NCBI GenBank assembly: GCA_963798845.1
Contig: CAWCUS010000001.1
Coordinates: 32,001-96,000 of the forward strand
Direction: 5' to 3'
DNA: 64,000 nucleotides
From: an uncultured Gemmatimonadales bacterium
GTDB taxonomy: Bacteria; Gemmatimonadota; Gemmatimonadetes; Longimicrobiales; RSA9
A program made the position numbers and the translations under genes. The notes beneath the pieces were generated by a model. That model had not been told where the DNA came from and did no database searches. It was given only the letters and a program-made list of their open reading frames with translations. Positions 1-9,488 of this stretch are shown piece by piece. Position 1 is the stretch's first letter; every line of letters starts with the position of its first letter.

Positions 1-762
1 CTCGGGCACTGCGAAGCGCGGCTGGCGCGCACCGACCGGTTCGTGTGCCTGGTGGGCGGGATACCCGCGGAGCCATCGCCGCCGTGGGAGTACAAGGCGC
101 CGTTCTCGCCGATCGACGTGATCGCCGAGTACACGCGCCCGGCGCGGCTGCGGCGGGACGGGCAGGCGGTCACGCTGCCCGCCCTGAGCGAAGTGGAGTC
201 GGTGGAATTCCCCGGCATCGGCACGCTGGAGGCGTTCAACACGGACGGCCTGCGGACGCTGCTTCGGACCAGCCGTGCGCCGACCCTGGCGGAGAAGACG
301 ATGCGCTGGCCGGGTCACGCCGACCGGATGCGGGTGATGCGTGATACCGGCTTCTTCGACGAAGAGCCGGTGGAGGTGGACGGGGCGGTCGTGAAGCCGA
401 TCTCGCTCTCGACGCGCCTGCTGTTCGACGCCTGGCAGTACGGGCCCGGCGAGCCGGACCTCACGGTCATGCGCATCGCGGTGGAAGGCGCGGACGATGA
501 GGGCCCGGTGCGTCACCTCCTGGACCTGGTGGACCGCTACGACCCGGACACGGGGGTCTCGTCCATGGCGCGCACCACCGGCTACACCGCCACTGCGCTC
601 GCCCGCTTCGTGCTCTCGGGCGGCTACCGGAAGCCCGGGATCTCGCCACCGGAGCACGTCGGGGAGACGGATGGTGCGCTCGAGTTCGTGCTCGACAGGC
701 TCGCGGAGCGCGGTGTCGAGGTGTCCCGAAGCGTAGAGCGGCCGTCGCATTCTGCCCCTTGA
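1..762 (+). CDS. Saccharopine dehydrogenase / lysine 6-dehydrogenase family protein, C-terminal part (5' truncated by window)
   Basis: Frame open from base 1. Motifs VGG.P, FSP.DVI.EYTRPAR, LEAF.TDGLRTL, EKT.R.PGH and SSMARTTGY are typical of this family. Confidence 0.85.
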   Translation, partial: LGHCEARLARTDRFVCLVGGIPAEPSPPWEYKAPFSPIDVIAEYTRPARLRRDGQAVTLPALSEVESVEFPGIGTLEAFNTDGLRTLLRTSRAPTLAEKTMRWPGHADRMRVMRDTGFFDEEPVEVDGAVVKPISLSTRLLFDAWQYGPGEPDLTVMRIAVEGADDEGPVRHLLDLVDRYDPDTGVSSMARTTGYTATALARFVLSGGYRKPGISPPEHVGETDGALEFVLDRLAERGVEVSRSVERPSHSAP

Positions 763-787
763 CGCCACCGGAGCCCTGGACGATATT
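759..787 (+). promoter_or_regulatory. Sigma70-type promoter upstream of the cold-shock gene leader
   Basis: TTGACG (759-764), 17-nt spacer, GATATT (782-787). Confidence 0.6.
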
Positions 788-830
788 CGCATCCGGCGAA
801 TCCTCCGGCGTGTCCGGAGGCCGGCGAAAG

Positions 831-861
831 GAGCCTGGGCAGTTCGCTCGGGCTCTTTTTT
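831..861 (+). terminator. Intrinsic terminator-like hairpin inside the csp upstream region
   Basis: GAGCCTGGGC-AGTTC-GCTCGGGCTC followed by T6. Confidence 0.7.
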
Positions 862-975
862 CATCGGTCGCCCGCCAGGGTCGCGGGGCGAAACCGCGAG
901 GATACGGTGATCGATCGTGTGGTACGGAAATACCGGCCCCGAGAGCACCAGAACAAACAGAGGGAGTACGGTAGC

Positions 976-1188
976 ATGCGTACCACCGGAACCGTGAAGT
1001 GGTTCAACGATCAGAAGGGCTTCGGCTTCATCGCACCTTCGGACGGCGGCAAGGACTGCTTCGTCCATCACAGCGCGATTCAGGGCCAGGGCTTCAAGAC
1101 GCTCGCCGAGGGCGAAACGGTCGAGTTCGACATCGTGCAGGGCCAGAAGGGCCCCGCCGCCGAGAACGTCGTCCGGGTCGGCCGCTGA
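976..1188 (+). CDS. cspA: Cold-shock protein (CspA family)
   Basis: [19 protein letters not shown] (RNP1), CFVHHSAI (RNP2), [16 protein letters not shown] before ATG 976. Confidence 0.95.
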   Translation: MRTTGTVKWFNDQKGFGFIAPSDGGKDCFVHHSAIQGQGFKTLAEGETVEFDIVQGQKGPAAENVVRVGR

Positions 1189-1216
1189 GCGGTCAGGGCC
1201 AATCACGCCGCAATGC

Positions 1217-1250
1217 GCGGCCGTCCCCACCCGGGGGCGGCCGCTTTTTT
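1217..1250 (+). terminator. Intrinsic terminator of the csp gene
   Basis: GCGGCCGTCCCC-ACCC-GGGGGCGGCCGC followed by T6. Confidence 0.85.
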
Positions 1251-1272
1251 CTTCCCGCTACCTCCCGGATTC

Positions 1273-2376
1273 ATGACCCGCGACCCTGCGACGGTGGTAC
1301 TCGGCGCCACCGGCTACACCGGCCGCCTCGTGGCCGGCGTCCTCGCCGGCGGGGCCGACCCGTTCCTCCTCACCGGCCGTGATGCAGGGAAGCTGAGCGC
1401 ACTCTCGGCCGCGTCCGGGGACGCGCCGACCAGCGTCCTCGATGTCACCGATCGCGTGGCGCTCGTCGACCTGCTCGTAGCCGGAGACAGGGTCATCGAC
1501 TGCGCCGGGCCCTTCACGGAGCTCGGGGAGCCCGTGATCCGCGCATGCCTGGCCGCGGGGGCGCACTACTTCGACACGACCGGCGAGCAGCCGTTCATGC
1601 GCCGGATCCACGAGCGGTACCACGACGAAGCGCGGCGCGCAGGCGTGACCATGGTGAACGGGATGGCGTTCGAGTTCGCCCTCGGCGACTGCGCCGTCGC
1701 GCTTGCGGCCCGTGGGCTGTCGCGCCCCGTCCGCTCGCTCGATGTGACGTACGCCTGGCGAGGCGCCGAAAGCTCATTCGGCACCCGTCGGACTTCGCTG
1801 CGCATCCTCGGCCGCCGCGCCTGGTCGCTCGAGCACGGGCGCTGGCGACTGCGGCCCCAGGGGTTCACCCGCCGCACGGTGCGCCTGGCCTCCGGACGCA
1901 CGCTCGACGCGGCCTGGTTCGGCGCCGGCGAGATCGTCACGGCGCCCAGGCACCTGGACGTCGAGACCGTGCGCGCCTGGATGGTGGTGGGGCGGAGCGC
2001 AGCGCTCGCCGCGCCCGTCGTCGCCCCGCTCCTCCCCGTGCTCGTCCCGCCGCTCCGCCCGCTCCTCGAGCGAATGGTCATGCGCTCGCCCGAGCCCGAT
2101 GAAGCGGACCGCGACCGCAGCCGCTTCACCATCCGCGTCGACGCGATCGGCCGCGACGGCGACGCCACTTCCGTGGAAGTGGGCGGGAGCGACCCGTACG
2201 GCCTGACCGCCGGGATCATCGTGGCCGGCGCCCGGCGCGCCGCAGACCCCGAGGCCCCCCGCGGCGTCCTCGCCCCCGCCTCCCTCGTGGAACCGGAGTC
2301 CTTCCTGGCCTCCCTCTCCCCCCGCGGTCTCACCACCACCACCTCCCCCCCTTCACCCTCCACCCCCACCTCCTGA
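1273..2376 (+). CDS. Saccharopine dehydrogenase-like NAD(P)-binding oxidoreductase (trans-acting enoyl reductase-like)
   Basis: GATGYTG Rossmann motif, DCAGPF, HYFDTTGE and DPYGLTA motifs. Confidence 0.8.
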   Translation: MTRDPATVVLGATGYTGRLVAGVLAGGADPFLLTGRDAGKLSALSAASGDAPTSVLDVTDRVALVDLLVAGDRVIDCAGPFTELGEPVIRACLAAGAHYFDTTGEQPFMRRIHERYHDEARRAGVTMVNGMAFEFALGDCAVALAARGLSRPVRSLDVTYAWRGAESSFGTRRTSLRILGRRAWSLEHGRWRLRPQGFTRRTVRLASGRTLDAAWFGAGEIVTAPRHLDVETVRAWMVVGRSAALAAPVVAPLLPVLVPPLRPLLERMVMRSPEPDEADRDRSRFTIRVDAIGRDGDATSVEVGGSDPYGLTAGIIVAGARRAADPEAPRGVLAPASLVEPESFLASLSPRGLTTTTSPPSPSTPTS

Positions 2377-2490
2377 AGGCCGCTCGGCCGTTCGGCGATA
2401 CTCGCCGGAACCCTCCCCCGCCACCCGTGTACGCCCAGCCCCACGGCGGCCGCGGGCCGCCGCGCGATTCCCTGGAACACGGAGGCCGGT

Positions 2491-2922
2491 TTGGCGCGCG
2501 AAGCGCGGAAGGGCGACACGGTGGCAGTGCACTACACGGGGACGCTGGACGACGGCGAAGTTTTCGACAGCTCTCGGGAGCGCGACCCTCTGGAGTTCAC
2601 GGTCGGATCAGGCCAGGTGATCCCCGGCTTCGATCGGGCGGTCGAGGGCCTGGAGGTGGGCAAGATCCGCGAGGTCCGGCTGGATCCGGATGAGGCGTAC
2701 GGCCAGGCGCGCGAAGATCTCGTGGTTCAGGTCCCCGCCGACCAGTTCCCGGCTGGAGTCGAGCCGGAGGTGGGTCGGCAGGTGCAGGTCCAGGTCGCGC
2801 CCGGTCAGGCCCGGGTCGCGACGATCCGCGAGGTGGGAGACGACTCGGTGCGGCTGGACCTCAACCATCCGCTTGCGGGTCACGCGCTGACGTTCGCTGT
2901 GGAGCTGGTGGAGATCCGCTAG
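2491..2922 (+). CDS. FKBP-type peptidyl-prolyl isomerase (short SlyD/FkpB-like)
   Basis: VHYTGTLDDGEVFDSS, GQVIPGF, EAYG, DLNHPLAG; TTG start with GGAGG RBS. Confidence 0.92.
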   Translation: MAREARKGDTVAVHYTGTLDDGEVFDSSRERDPLEFTVGSGQVIPGFDRAVEGLEVGKIREVRLDPDEAYGQAREDLVVQVPADQFPAGVEPEVGRQVQVQVAPGQARVATIREVGDDSVRLDLNHPLAGHALTFAVELVEIR

Positions 2923-4699
2923 CGTCCGGGCCGCCGCGCGCGCGGCGGGGCTCGCGGCCGGCGCGGCCGCTCTCCGCCACCGGGCGGGGCGGCCGCAGCC
3001 GGGCGCTGTACGCGGTGCGGAATGCCGCCATCGCTTCGCGCATGCAGCGAAGGTTCGCCTGCCGATCCACTGCCGGATCCGGGCAGCTCTGGTATCCCGC
3101 CATGGTGGCTTCCACGTAGAGGTCCACGCTCCCGTCGGTGCGCGTCACGACGCGCATGTAGCCGGGCTCCGACCTGTCGTAGAGCGTCCCTTCGATCTCG
3201 CCCACGGGCGACAGCTTGCTGGCCGAGCCCGACACCACGCTGAAGCGGGGAGCGCCCGCGCTGTCGGCGCGGAACACCTGGAGGGAGTGGTCATGGCCGG
3301 CCGCGTAGAGGAGCGGCCTGTGCTCGGACCGAAACGCCTGGGCCATCCCCTTCCGGAGCGCCACGTACCGCTCCGAGCTCAGGTCCTGGAGCAGCGCGCC
3401 GCTGCGGTTGAGGACGTACTGCACGCCCAGCGTCGTCCAGAGCGATGACACCCCTCCGTGGGGACCGCCCGTCTCCAGCGGGTGGTGCGCCGCCACGATC
3501 ACCGTCCGGTCACCCGCGTCCGCCAGCGCCTGCCGGAAGCGGCGCAGGAATGCCTCCTTCCCTGCGGGCTCGGCGTCGAAGATCCACCATGCGGTGTCCA
3601 GCAGGAGCAGCCGCAGGTCCGGACCTACGTCGACCGCCTGGGGCCCGCCCGTCCCCGCCGGCGGCGCCAGCGCCACGGGCGCCCCCGCCGCCCTCGCCCG
3701 ATCCAGGAAGCGGCCGAGGTTCTCCAGACGGCGCGCCCCCTCCTGATCCTCGCGCAGCCCCCAGTCGTGGTTCCCTGCCAGGAAGTACATGCGCACGCCA
3801 CGACCTGCGACTTCGGGCCGAGAGACGACGCGGACCTGGTCCGCAACACGGGCGGAGTCCTCCCCGTATCCCGCCGCGGCGCGGTCGGGCATCCCGGCCG
3901 GGTACACGATGTCGCCCAGCATGAGCACCACTTCAGCCCCGTGCGGCACGCGCCCGGACCACTCCGCGACGTCGCCGGCCAGCCGCGGGAGCACGGGGTA
4001 GCGGTCGTACGTCGCCTGGCCGGGGTCGCCGGCGAAGAAGACGACGGCCCGCGGCGGCGCGGGATTGGCCGGCACCGCGGGCGGCCCCCCGTCGGGAGCT
4101 TCCGCTGCCGGTCTCGCGCCCGATCCGCCGCCGCAGGCCAGGACGGCGGAGGCTGCGCCCCCGAGCGCCAGCAGCACCAGCGCCGGCGCCATCCACGCTC
4201 CGGCGCCCCGATCGCGCCGTTCATCGCGGCGCTCGTCCCCGTCGGCTTCGCGGTGATGGCGGCGGCCCCGCACCAGCCCGAGCAGTGCGCCGAGCAGCAT
4301 GCCCACGGCGCCGACCACCACGCCCCAGGACCACGTCCCCTGGGAGTCGCCTTTCGCGGCCACGCCGATGGCGGCCCCGATGCCGGCCCCGAGAGCGCCG
4401 CCGGTCACCGCGCCGACGGCCGTCCCGGCCAGTTCTGCACCGCCCGCGATCCCGGCCGCGATGCCGCCGACAATGCCGAGCGCGATCGGGATCCCGTCGG
4501 GGCCGTACAGGTCGTGCACCGACTCGACGTAGCGGTGCTCGAAGCGCGCCCTGGCCACGACCAGGCCGACGGAAACGCCGAGCCCGGTCACGAGGCCCAC
4601 GGCGCTGCCGGCCAGGGCTCGTGCCGACGCCCCGATCCACGAGCCGCTTCCGGGCAGCAGGAGGAGGATGGCGAGAGCGAGGCCCCGGTAGCGTGCCAT
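2861..4699 (-). CDS. Calcineurin-like metallophosphoesterase with N-terminal glycine-rich membrane region and internal lipobox
   Basis: Motifs GDPG, GDIVYP, GNHDW, HHP, GHDH; hydrophobic Gly-rich N-terminus; start at MARYRG (4699) inferred. Confidence 0.75.
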   Translation of the reverse strand: MARYRGLALAILLLLPGSGSWIGASARALAGSAVGLVTGLGVSVGLVVARARFEHRYVESVHDLYGPDGIPIALGIVGGIAAGIAGGAELAGTAVGAVTGGALGAGIGAAIGVAAKGDSQGTWSWGVVVGAVGMLLGALLGLVRGRRHHREADGDERRDERRDRGAGAWMAPALVLLALGGAASAVLACGGGSGARPAAEAPDGGPPAVPANPAPPRAVVFFAGDPGQATYDRYPVLPRLAGDVAEWSGRVPHGAEVVLMLGDIVYPAGMPDRAAAGYGEDSARVADQVRVVSRPEVAGRGVRMYFLAGNHDWGLREDQEGARRLENLGRFLDRARAAGAPVALAPPAGTGGPQAVDVGPDLRLLLLDTAWWIFDAEPAGKEAFLRRFRQALADAGDRTVIVAAHHPLETGGPHGGVSSLWTTLGVQYVLNRSGALLQDLSSERYVALRKGMAQAFRSEHRPLLYAAGHDHSLQVFRADSAGAPRFSVVSGSASKLSPVGEIEGTLYDRSEPGYMRVVTRTDGSVDLYVEATMAGYQSCPDPAVDRQANLRCMREAMAAFRTAYSARLRPPRPVAESGRAGREPRRARGGPDASGSPPAPQRTSARDPQADG

Positions 4700-4856
4700 G
4701 ATCGTATTTCCGTGGTGAAGGTGCTCGTCACGGTCGAGCGGCCGGGGCCGCGGACGGAACTCCCGGCCCGGTCGCGGGTTCGGAGCAAAACACATGCGAC
4801 GGTCGGGCGCCCGCGGCACCGGCCGGCGCACCGCGGACGCGGAGAACGAGGACTGG

Positions 4857-5483
4857 ATGGCGGAGGACGGCGAGAATGGGCGGGGCGACACGGGTCGCGC
4901 TGGCTGGAAGCGGCTGCTCGATGTCGCCCTCTGGGTGCTGGTCCTCGGGCTCCTGCTGTGGCGCTTCGGGCCGCAGGTCGGCGCCGCCATAGGCCTCCGC
5001 ACCGGAGACCGGCCGGCGCCCGATTTCGCCGTCCGCACGCTCCAGGGCGACTCGCTCCGCCTCTCCTCCCTCCGCGGCAATGTGGTGCTCGTGAACTTCT
5101 GGGCCACCTGGTGCCCGCCGTGCCGGCTGGAGATGCCCGGCTTCCAGAACGTGTGGGAGGACTACCGCGATCGCGGCTTCGTGGTGGTCGGCCTCTCCAC
5201 CGACCACGGCGTCCCGGGCGACGTCAGCCGGTGGATCCTGAGTCACGGGATCACTTACCCGATCGCCATGGCGCCCGGCGCCACCGTACGCGCATTCGGC
5301 GGCGCCGGCGTGCTGCCCACCTCCGTCCTCGTGGACCGGGATGGCCGGATGGCGTACCGCGTGGAAGGGTTCTACACCGAGCCCGCGCTGCGCGCCGCCG
5401 TGAAGCGGCTGCTGGCCGAGCCCGGGCCGCCCGCCGGCGCGACGCTCCGTCCCGCCGGCCCCCTCCCCGCAGCCGACCTCTGA
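4857..5483 (+). CDS. TlpA/ResA-family membrane-anchored thiol-disulfide reductase
   Basis: N-terminal TM helix, APDF, VNFWATWCPPC, LPTS cis-Pro loop. Confidence 0.88.
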   Translation: MAEDGENGRGDTGRAGWKRLLDVALWVLVLGLLLWRFGPQVGAAIGLRTGDRPAPDFAVRTLQGDSLRLSSLRGNVVLVNFWATWCPPCRLEMPGFQNVWEDYRDRGFVVVGLSTDHGVPGDVSRWILSHGITYPIAMAPGATVRAFGGAGVLPTSVLVDRDGRMAYRVEGFYTEPALRAAVKRLLAEPGPPAGATLRPAGPLPAADL

Positions 5484-5484
5484 C

Positions 5485-7200
5485 ATGGCCACCGACGACG
5501 CGCGCGCCGACGGCCTCGCCGCGGAGGTCGTGGACGCGTTCCGCCGCTACAGCCGCCGATTCGCCGAGATCACCCGGCGCTCGCCCGCCCGCTTCGCCGC
5601 CCGTGAATGGGTGGAGGCGCAGGAGGACGCCCGCGAGCGGATCCTGCTTTACGACGTCGTCGTCCACGACACGCTCCGCTCCCTCCGGCGCGCGCTGCCG
5701 GCCAGCCCCGACCCCGCGTTCGGCGCAACCGTGAAGCGGGCGTTCCGCGCCTGGGCGGTCGAGCGGCCGGACGCCGAGGTGGCGGAGACGTTCTTCAACT
5801 CGGTGATCCGGCGCCTCTACGGGACCATCGGCGTGGACCCCGCCGTCGAGTTCGTGGGCGACGCCGTGGACGAGCCGGGGAGCAATGGCGTGGCGCCGTG
5901 GACCGCCTGGTCGCTCGAGGGCGGATTCGAGCACGCGCTGGAGCGAGTCCTCGCGTCGCTCCCGCTGGCGCTCCCCTGGCACGAGCGCGAGGACCGCGTC
6001 CGCGCGGCCGCCGACCTCCTCTGCCGCGAGCTCGGTGGCGAGGAGGAGTGGCGGAATGGCGAGATCCAGGTGCTGCGCCCGCTCTTCTACCGGAACAAGG
6101 CCGCCTACGTCGTGACCCGTCTGGTCCGCGGCGATGAGATCGTCCCGGTGATCCTGGCGCTCCTCCACCCGGCGGAGGGGGTGGCGCTCGACGCGGTGCT
6201 CCCGACGTCCAATGAAGCCAGCGTCGTGTTCGGATTCACGCGATCCTACCTGCACGCCGACATCGACTCGCCGCGCCCGGTGATCGAGTTCCTCAAGTCG
6301 ATCCTCCCGATCAAGCGCGAGGACGAGCTCTACACGGGGATCGGCTTCCACCGCCACGGCAAGACCGTGTTCTACCGCACGCTCCTGGAGCACCTGCGGG
6401 ACCCGGACGCCCGCTTCGTCACCACCCCGGGCAAGCCGGGGCTGGTCATGAGCGTGTTCACGCTCCCGGAGCTGAACGTCGTATTCAAGGTGATTCGCGA
6501 CCGGTTCGGCCACCCCAAGCGCACTTCACCGGACCGCGTGCGCCGGAACTACGACCTGATCTTCGTCCGCGACCGGGTGGGCCGGCTCGCCGACGCCCAG
6601 GAGTACCGCCGCCTCGAGCTCCCCCGGGCTCGCTTCAGCGACGAGGTCCTCGAGGAGCTTCTCGCCACCGCCGCCCGCACCGTCTCCGTCGCGGGCGACA
6701 CCGTGATCATCGAGCACCTGTACGCCGAGCGCCGCGTTCGCCCGCTCGACGTCTTCCTGGAACAGGCATCGCCCGCCGAGGGGCGCCGCGCCACTCTCGA
6801 CTTCGGCCGCGCCATCAAGGACCTGGCCGCGGCCAACATCTTCCCCGGCGACATGCTGGTGAAGAACTTCGGCGTGACCCGACACGGGCGCGTGATCTTC
6901 TACGACTACGACGAGGTGGCGCTCCTCACCGACTGCAACTTCCGGGAGGAGCCGCAGCCGGCGTACCCGGAAGCGGAGCTGGCCGAGACGCCCCACTACT
7001 ACGTGGGCCCCGATGACGTCTTCCCGGCCGAGTGGCGCGCGTTCCTCGGTCCGCCCGGGCCGCTGCGCCGCGAGCTGCACAGCGCTCACGGCGAGCTCTT
7101 CGACGCGGACTGGTGGCGGGACATGCAGGCGCGTCAGCGCGCGGGGGAGGTGGTGGACTTCTTCCCGTACCGGGAGGAGCGGCGGCTGCTGCGGGGCTAG
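5485..7200 (+). CDS. aceK: Isocitrate dehydrogenase kinase/phosphatase
   Basis: AETFFNSV, FYRNK.AY, VFGFTRSY, HGKT.FYR, DRVGRLADAQEY, NIFPGDML.KNFG, FYDYDE. Confidence 0.93.
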   Translation: MATDDARADGLAAEVVDAFRRYSRRFAEITRRSPARFAAREWVEAQEDARERILLYDVVVHDTLRSLRRALPASPDPAFGATVKRAFRAWAVERPDAEVAETFFNSVIRRLYGTIGVDPAVEFVGDAVDEPGSNGVAPWTAWSLEGGFEHALERVLASLPLALPWHEREDRVRAAADLLCRELGGEEEWRNGEIQVLRPLFYRNKAAYVVTRLVRGDEIVPVILALLHPAEGVALDAVLPTSNEASVVFGFTRSYLHADIDSPRPVIEFLKSILPIKREDELYTGIGFHRHGKTVFYRTLLEHLRDPDARFVTTPGKPGLVMSVFTLPELNVVFKVIRDRFGHPKRTSPDRVRRNYDLIFVRDRVGRLADAQEYRRLELPRARFSDEVLEELLATAARTVSVAGDTVIIEHLYAERRVRPLDVFLEQASPAEGRRATLDFGRAIKDLAAANIFPGDMLVKNFGVTRHGRVIFYDYDEVALLTDCNFREEPQPAYPEAELAETPHYYVGPDDVFPAEWRAFLGPPGPLRRELHSAHGELFDADWWRDMQARQRAGEVVDFFPYREERRLLRG

Positions 7201-7442
7201 TCGCCTTCCCCGCCCTCACCCTCCTCCGCTTCCTCCGTCGCCGGGCGACGGGCGTGCTTCGCCCGCGGCTCGCCCGGCTGAAGCGCCGCTTCCCGCCTCG
7301 CCTCCGCACCCTCAGGCGTGGCCTCATCCGGGTCCCGCTCCCGGTATCCGGCGTACTCCTCCCGGGCGTCGGACGCGTCCGCGGCCTCCGGGCCCGCCGC
7401 CCGCTCCGGGCGGTCCAGGTCGAGCTTCTCGTCGTCGCTCAT
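7197..7442 (-). CDS. Small acidic low-complexity hypothetical protein
   Basis: 81-aa ORF whose ATG overlaps the stop of the upstream gene (ATGA). Confidence 0.5.
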   Translation of the reverse strand: MSDDEKLDLDRPERAAGPEAADASDAREEYAGYRERDPDEATPEGAEARREAALQPGEPRAKHARRPATEEAEEGEGGEGD

Positions 7443-8078
7443 CGCCCGCCCCCGTGCGGCGACGGCCGCCCCGGCATCCCGTTCTGTTCCGGCCTCATGC
7501 CGGGGTGCTGCCCCTGGCCCATGCCCGGCCGCATCCCGGCGCCTTCGTGCATCTCCTCCATCGCCTCCATGATCGTGTCCAGCGTCTTCTTCTGGTCGGC
7601 GTTCAGCACCTGCCTGGCCTGCACCTGCACTTTCGCCATCGCCTGCATGGCGTCCACCATCCGGGACGCGGCCTGCCGCAGCGCCTGTTCGTGAGCGTCC
7701 AGGTCGGGCGTATCGCCGTGCATTGCATCCAGCGCCTTCTGGTGGGCTTCCCTCGCCTGCTGCATCGCGGTGCGCATGCTCTCCTGCGTACCCTTCTCCA
7801 GCGTCTGCAGCTTCTCGACCTGGTCTTCACTCAGGTTCAGCGACTCGCGCAGCCGCAGCAGCATCCCGGGCCCGGCCTGATCCATCCCCATGGCGCCACC
7901 CCATCATCCCCATCATCCCCATCATCCCCTGCCCCTGCATCATGCCCTGGCCGGGATGCATCATCCCCGGATGGTGCGGCGGCTCCTGCTGCGGCTGATC
8001 CTGCGGCTGCTGCGCCATGGCCGTCAGCGGCAGCACGAGCGCGACGACCGCCGCCGTCACGATTCCCAGCTTCCTCAT
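7439..8078 (-). pseudogene. Periplasmic Spy/CpxP-like (LTXXQ / heavy-metal sensor type) protein split by a 1-nt frameshift near 7899-7902; real lesion or sequencing error
   Basis: Signal peptide MRKLGIVTAAVVALVLPLTAMA and Met/His-rich region in one frame; LNLSEDQ...LNADQ helical domain continues in another frame; GGAGG RBS. Confidence 0.7.
7899..7929. repeat. 9-bp tandem repeat (CCCCATCAT)x3, encoding MMG repeats
   Basis: Read directly from the sequence. Confidence 0.9.
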
Positions 8079-8137
8079 GGTCTTTCCTCCCGTCTGGCGT
8101 TGCCGATTGCGTCCCCGCGCCCACGCGGGCCGCGAGG

Positions 8138-8659
8138 TCAAACCACTCGGTGATAGGCACGCCGGAAGTATACCAGCGCGGAGGATTCGCCCCCGGCGGT
8201 CGCCTCCGCGACGCGCCCCACCACGAGGTCGTGGTCCCCACGTCGGAGGACCTCCTCCACCGTACACGAAAACGTCGCGAGGGCTCCCGGGACCAGCGGA
8301 ACCCCGTCCTGCGTGAACGGCAGCGGCCCCACCGGGAACGTGTCGGCGTACCGGCTGGCGAGCCCCCGCTGCTCGTGCGTGAGGATGCTCACGCCGAAGG
8401 CGGCCCCCGGGTCCAGGAACGGCGCAGCCGAGGCGTTCGGGCCGAGGCTGGCGAGGACGAGCGGAGGCTCGAAGGAGAGAGGGATGAAGGCGGACACCGT
8501 GAGAGCGTGGACGCGCCCGCCGTCGCGGACGGCCAGGAGCGTCACGCCGCTGGCCCACCGGGCGAAGGCCTCGCGCACCGATTCCGCCGCCCGGCGGCGC
8601 CCCTCGTCCTCGGGCTCCGGACCGCCACTCAGGTGCCTGCCAATGCGTGTGGGGGACAT
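8138..8659 (-). CDS. Flavin reductase family protein
   Basis: WASGVT, LSFEPPLVL, FGVSIL, GDHDLVVG, LVYFRRAY. Confidence 0.88.
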   Translation of the reverse strand: MSPTRIGRHLSGGPEPEDEGRRRAAESVREAFARWASGVTLLAVRDGGRVHALTVSAFIPLSFEPPLVLASLGPNASAAPFLDPGAAFGVSILTHEQRGLASRYADTFPVGPLPFTQDGVPLVPGALATFSCTVEEVLRRGDHDLVVGRVAEATAGGESSALVYFRRAYHRVV

Positions 8660-8687
8660 GTCAGCCAATGTAGAGCGCCCGTCCGCG

Positions 8688-8703
8688 CGGCGCATTCCTT
8701 GCA
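8688..8703 (+). promoter_or_regulatory. Putative sigma54 (-24/-12) promoter
   Basis: CGGCGCATTCCTTGCA: GG-N10-GC with TTGCA. Confidence 0.6.
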
Positions 8704-8798
8704 CCCCATCCCTATCGTGCCGCCCGCTCTGGCGGGCATCCGTGTACTCGCGGGCGCCGGAAGCATCCGTCGCCCACACCCTCTCAGGGAGAATCGTC

Positions 8799-9488
8799 AT
8801 GCGACAGCTCTCCGTTCCCGCCCTCGCCGCCGTATTCCTGCTGGCCGCGTGCGGTGGCAACGACCAGTCCGGCGACGCCATGGCCCAGGACACCATGGAT
8901 ACGGGCATGCAGTCCGCCACGGCCGCGCCGGATACCGCGCCGGTGCTCGTAGCCATGATCCAGAGCGCGACCGACACCGGCAGCGTTGGGGGGACCGTGC
9001 GTGTGTATGCCGAGACCGGGACCGGCTACGCCACCGGAGAGGGCATGGGTGAGGACATGGGTGAGGACACCATGGGCGGGTCGGGGATGGCGCCCGAGAC
9101 CACGTCTGCCCGCGCCAACGCGGCCATGACCCCGGATTCCGGCGGGATGGGCGGGGGAATGGCTGGCGGCCCCGGGTTCCGTCTGGCCGTGGACGTGAAC
9201 GGGCTTTCGCAGGGCCAGCACGCGTGGCACATCCACGGCGGGCCCTGCGGCCAGGAGGCCCCGGTCGTGGTACCCTTCAGCAGCACGGCGGACCAGTCGG
9301 GGATCGCCCAGGCGCTGAGCGCGGACCAGAGCGGGAACGCGACGGCCACCGTGACCGTCCCGGCCGCCGAGCTCTCCCTGGACCAGCTCGAGAACGGGCA
9401 GTTCAGCCTGCACATCCACCAGCGGGGCGGCGTCGACCACGGCCCGACGGTGGCGTGCGCGGACCTGACCCGCAGCGGCGGGATGTAA
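8799..9488 (+). CDS. Lipoprotein with Met-rich linker and Cu/Zn-SOD-like or CHRD-like C-terminal domain
   Basis: Lipobox LAAC; GQHAWHIHGGPC, SLHIH, VACADL. Confidence 0.7.
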   Translation: MRQLSVPALAAVFLLAACGGNDQSGDAMAQDTMDTGMQSATAAPDTAPVLVAMIQSATDTGSVGGTVRVYAETGTGYATGEGMGEDMGEDTMGGSGMAPETTSARANAAMTPDSGGMGGGMAGGPGFRLAVDVNGLSQGQHAWHIHGGPCGQEAPVVVPFSSTADQSGIAQALSADQSGNATATVTVPAAELSLDQLENGQFSLHIHQRGGVDHGPTVACADLTRSGGM

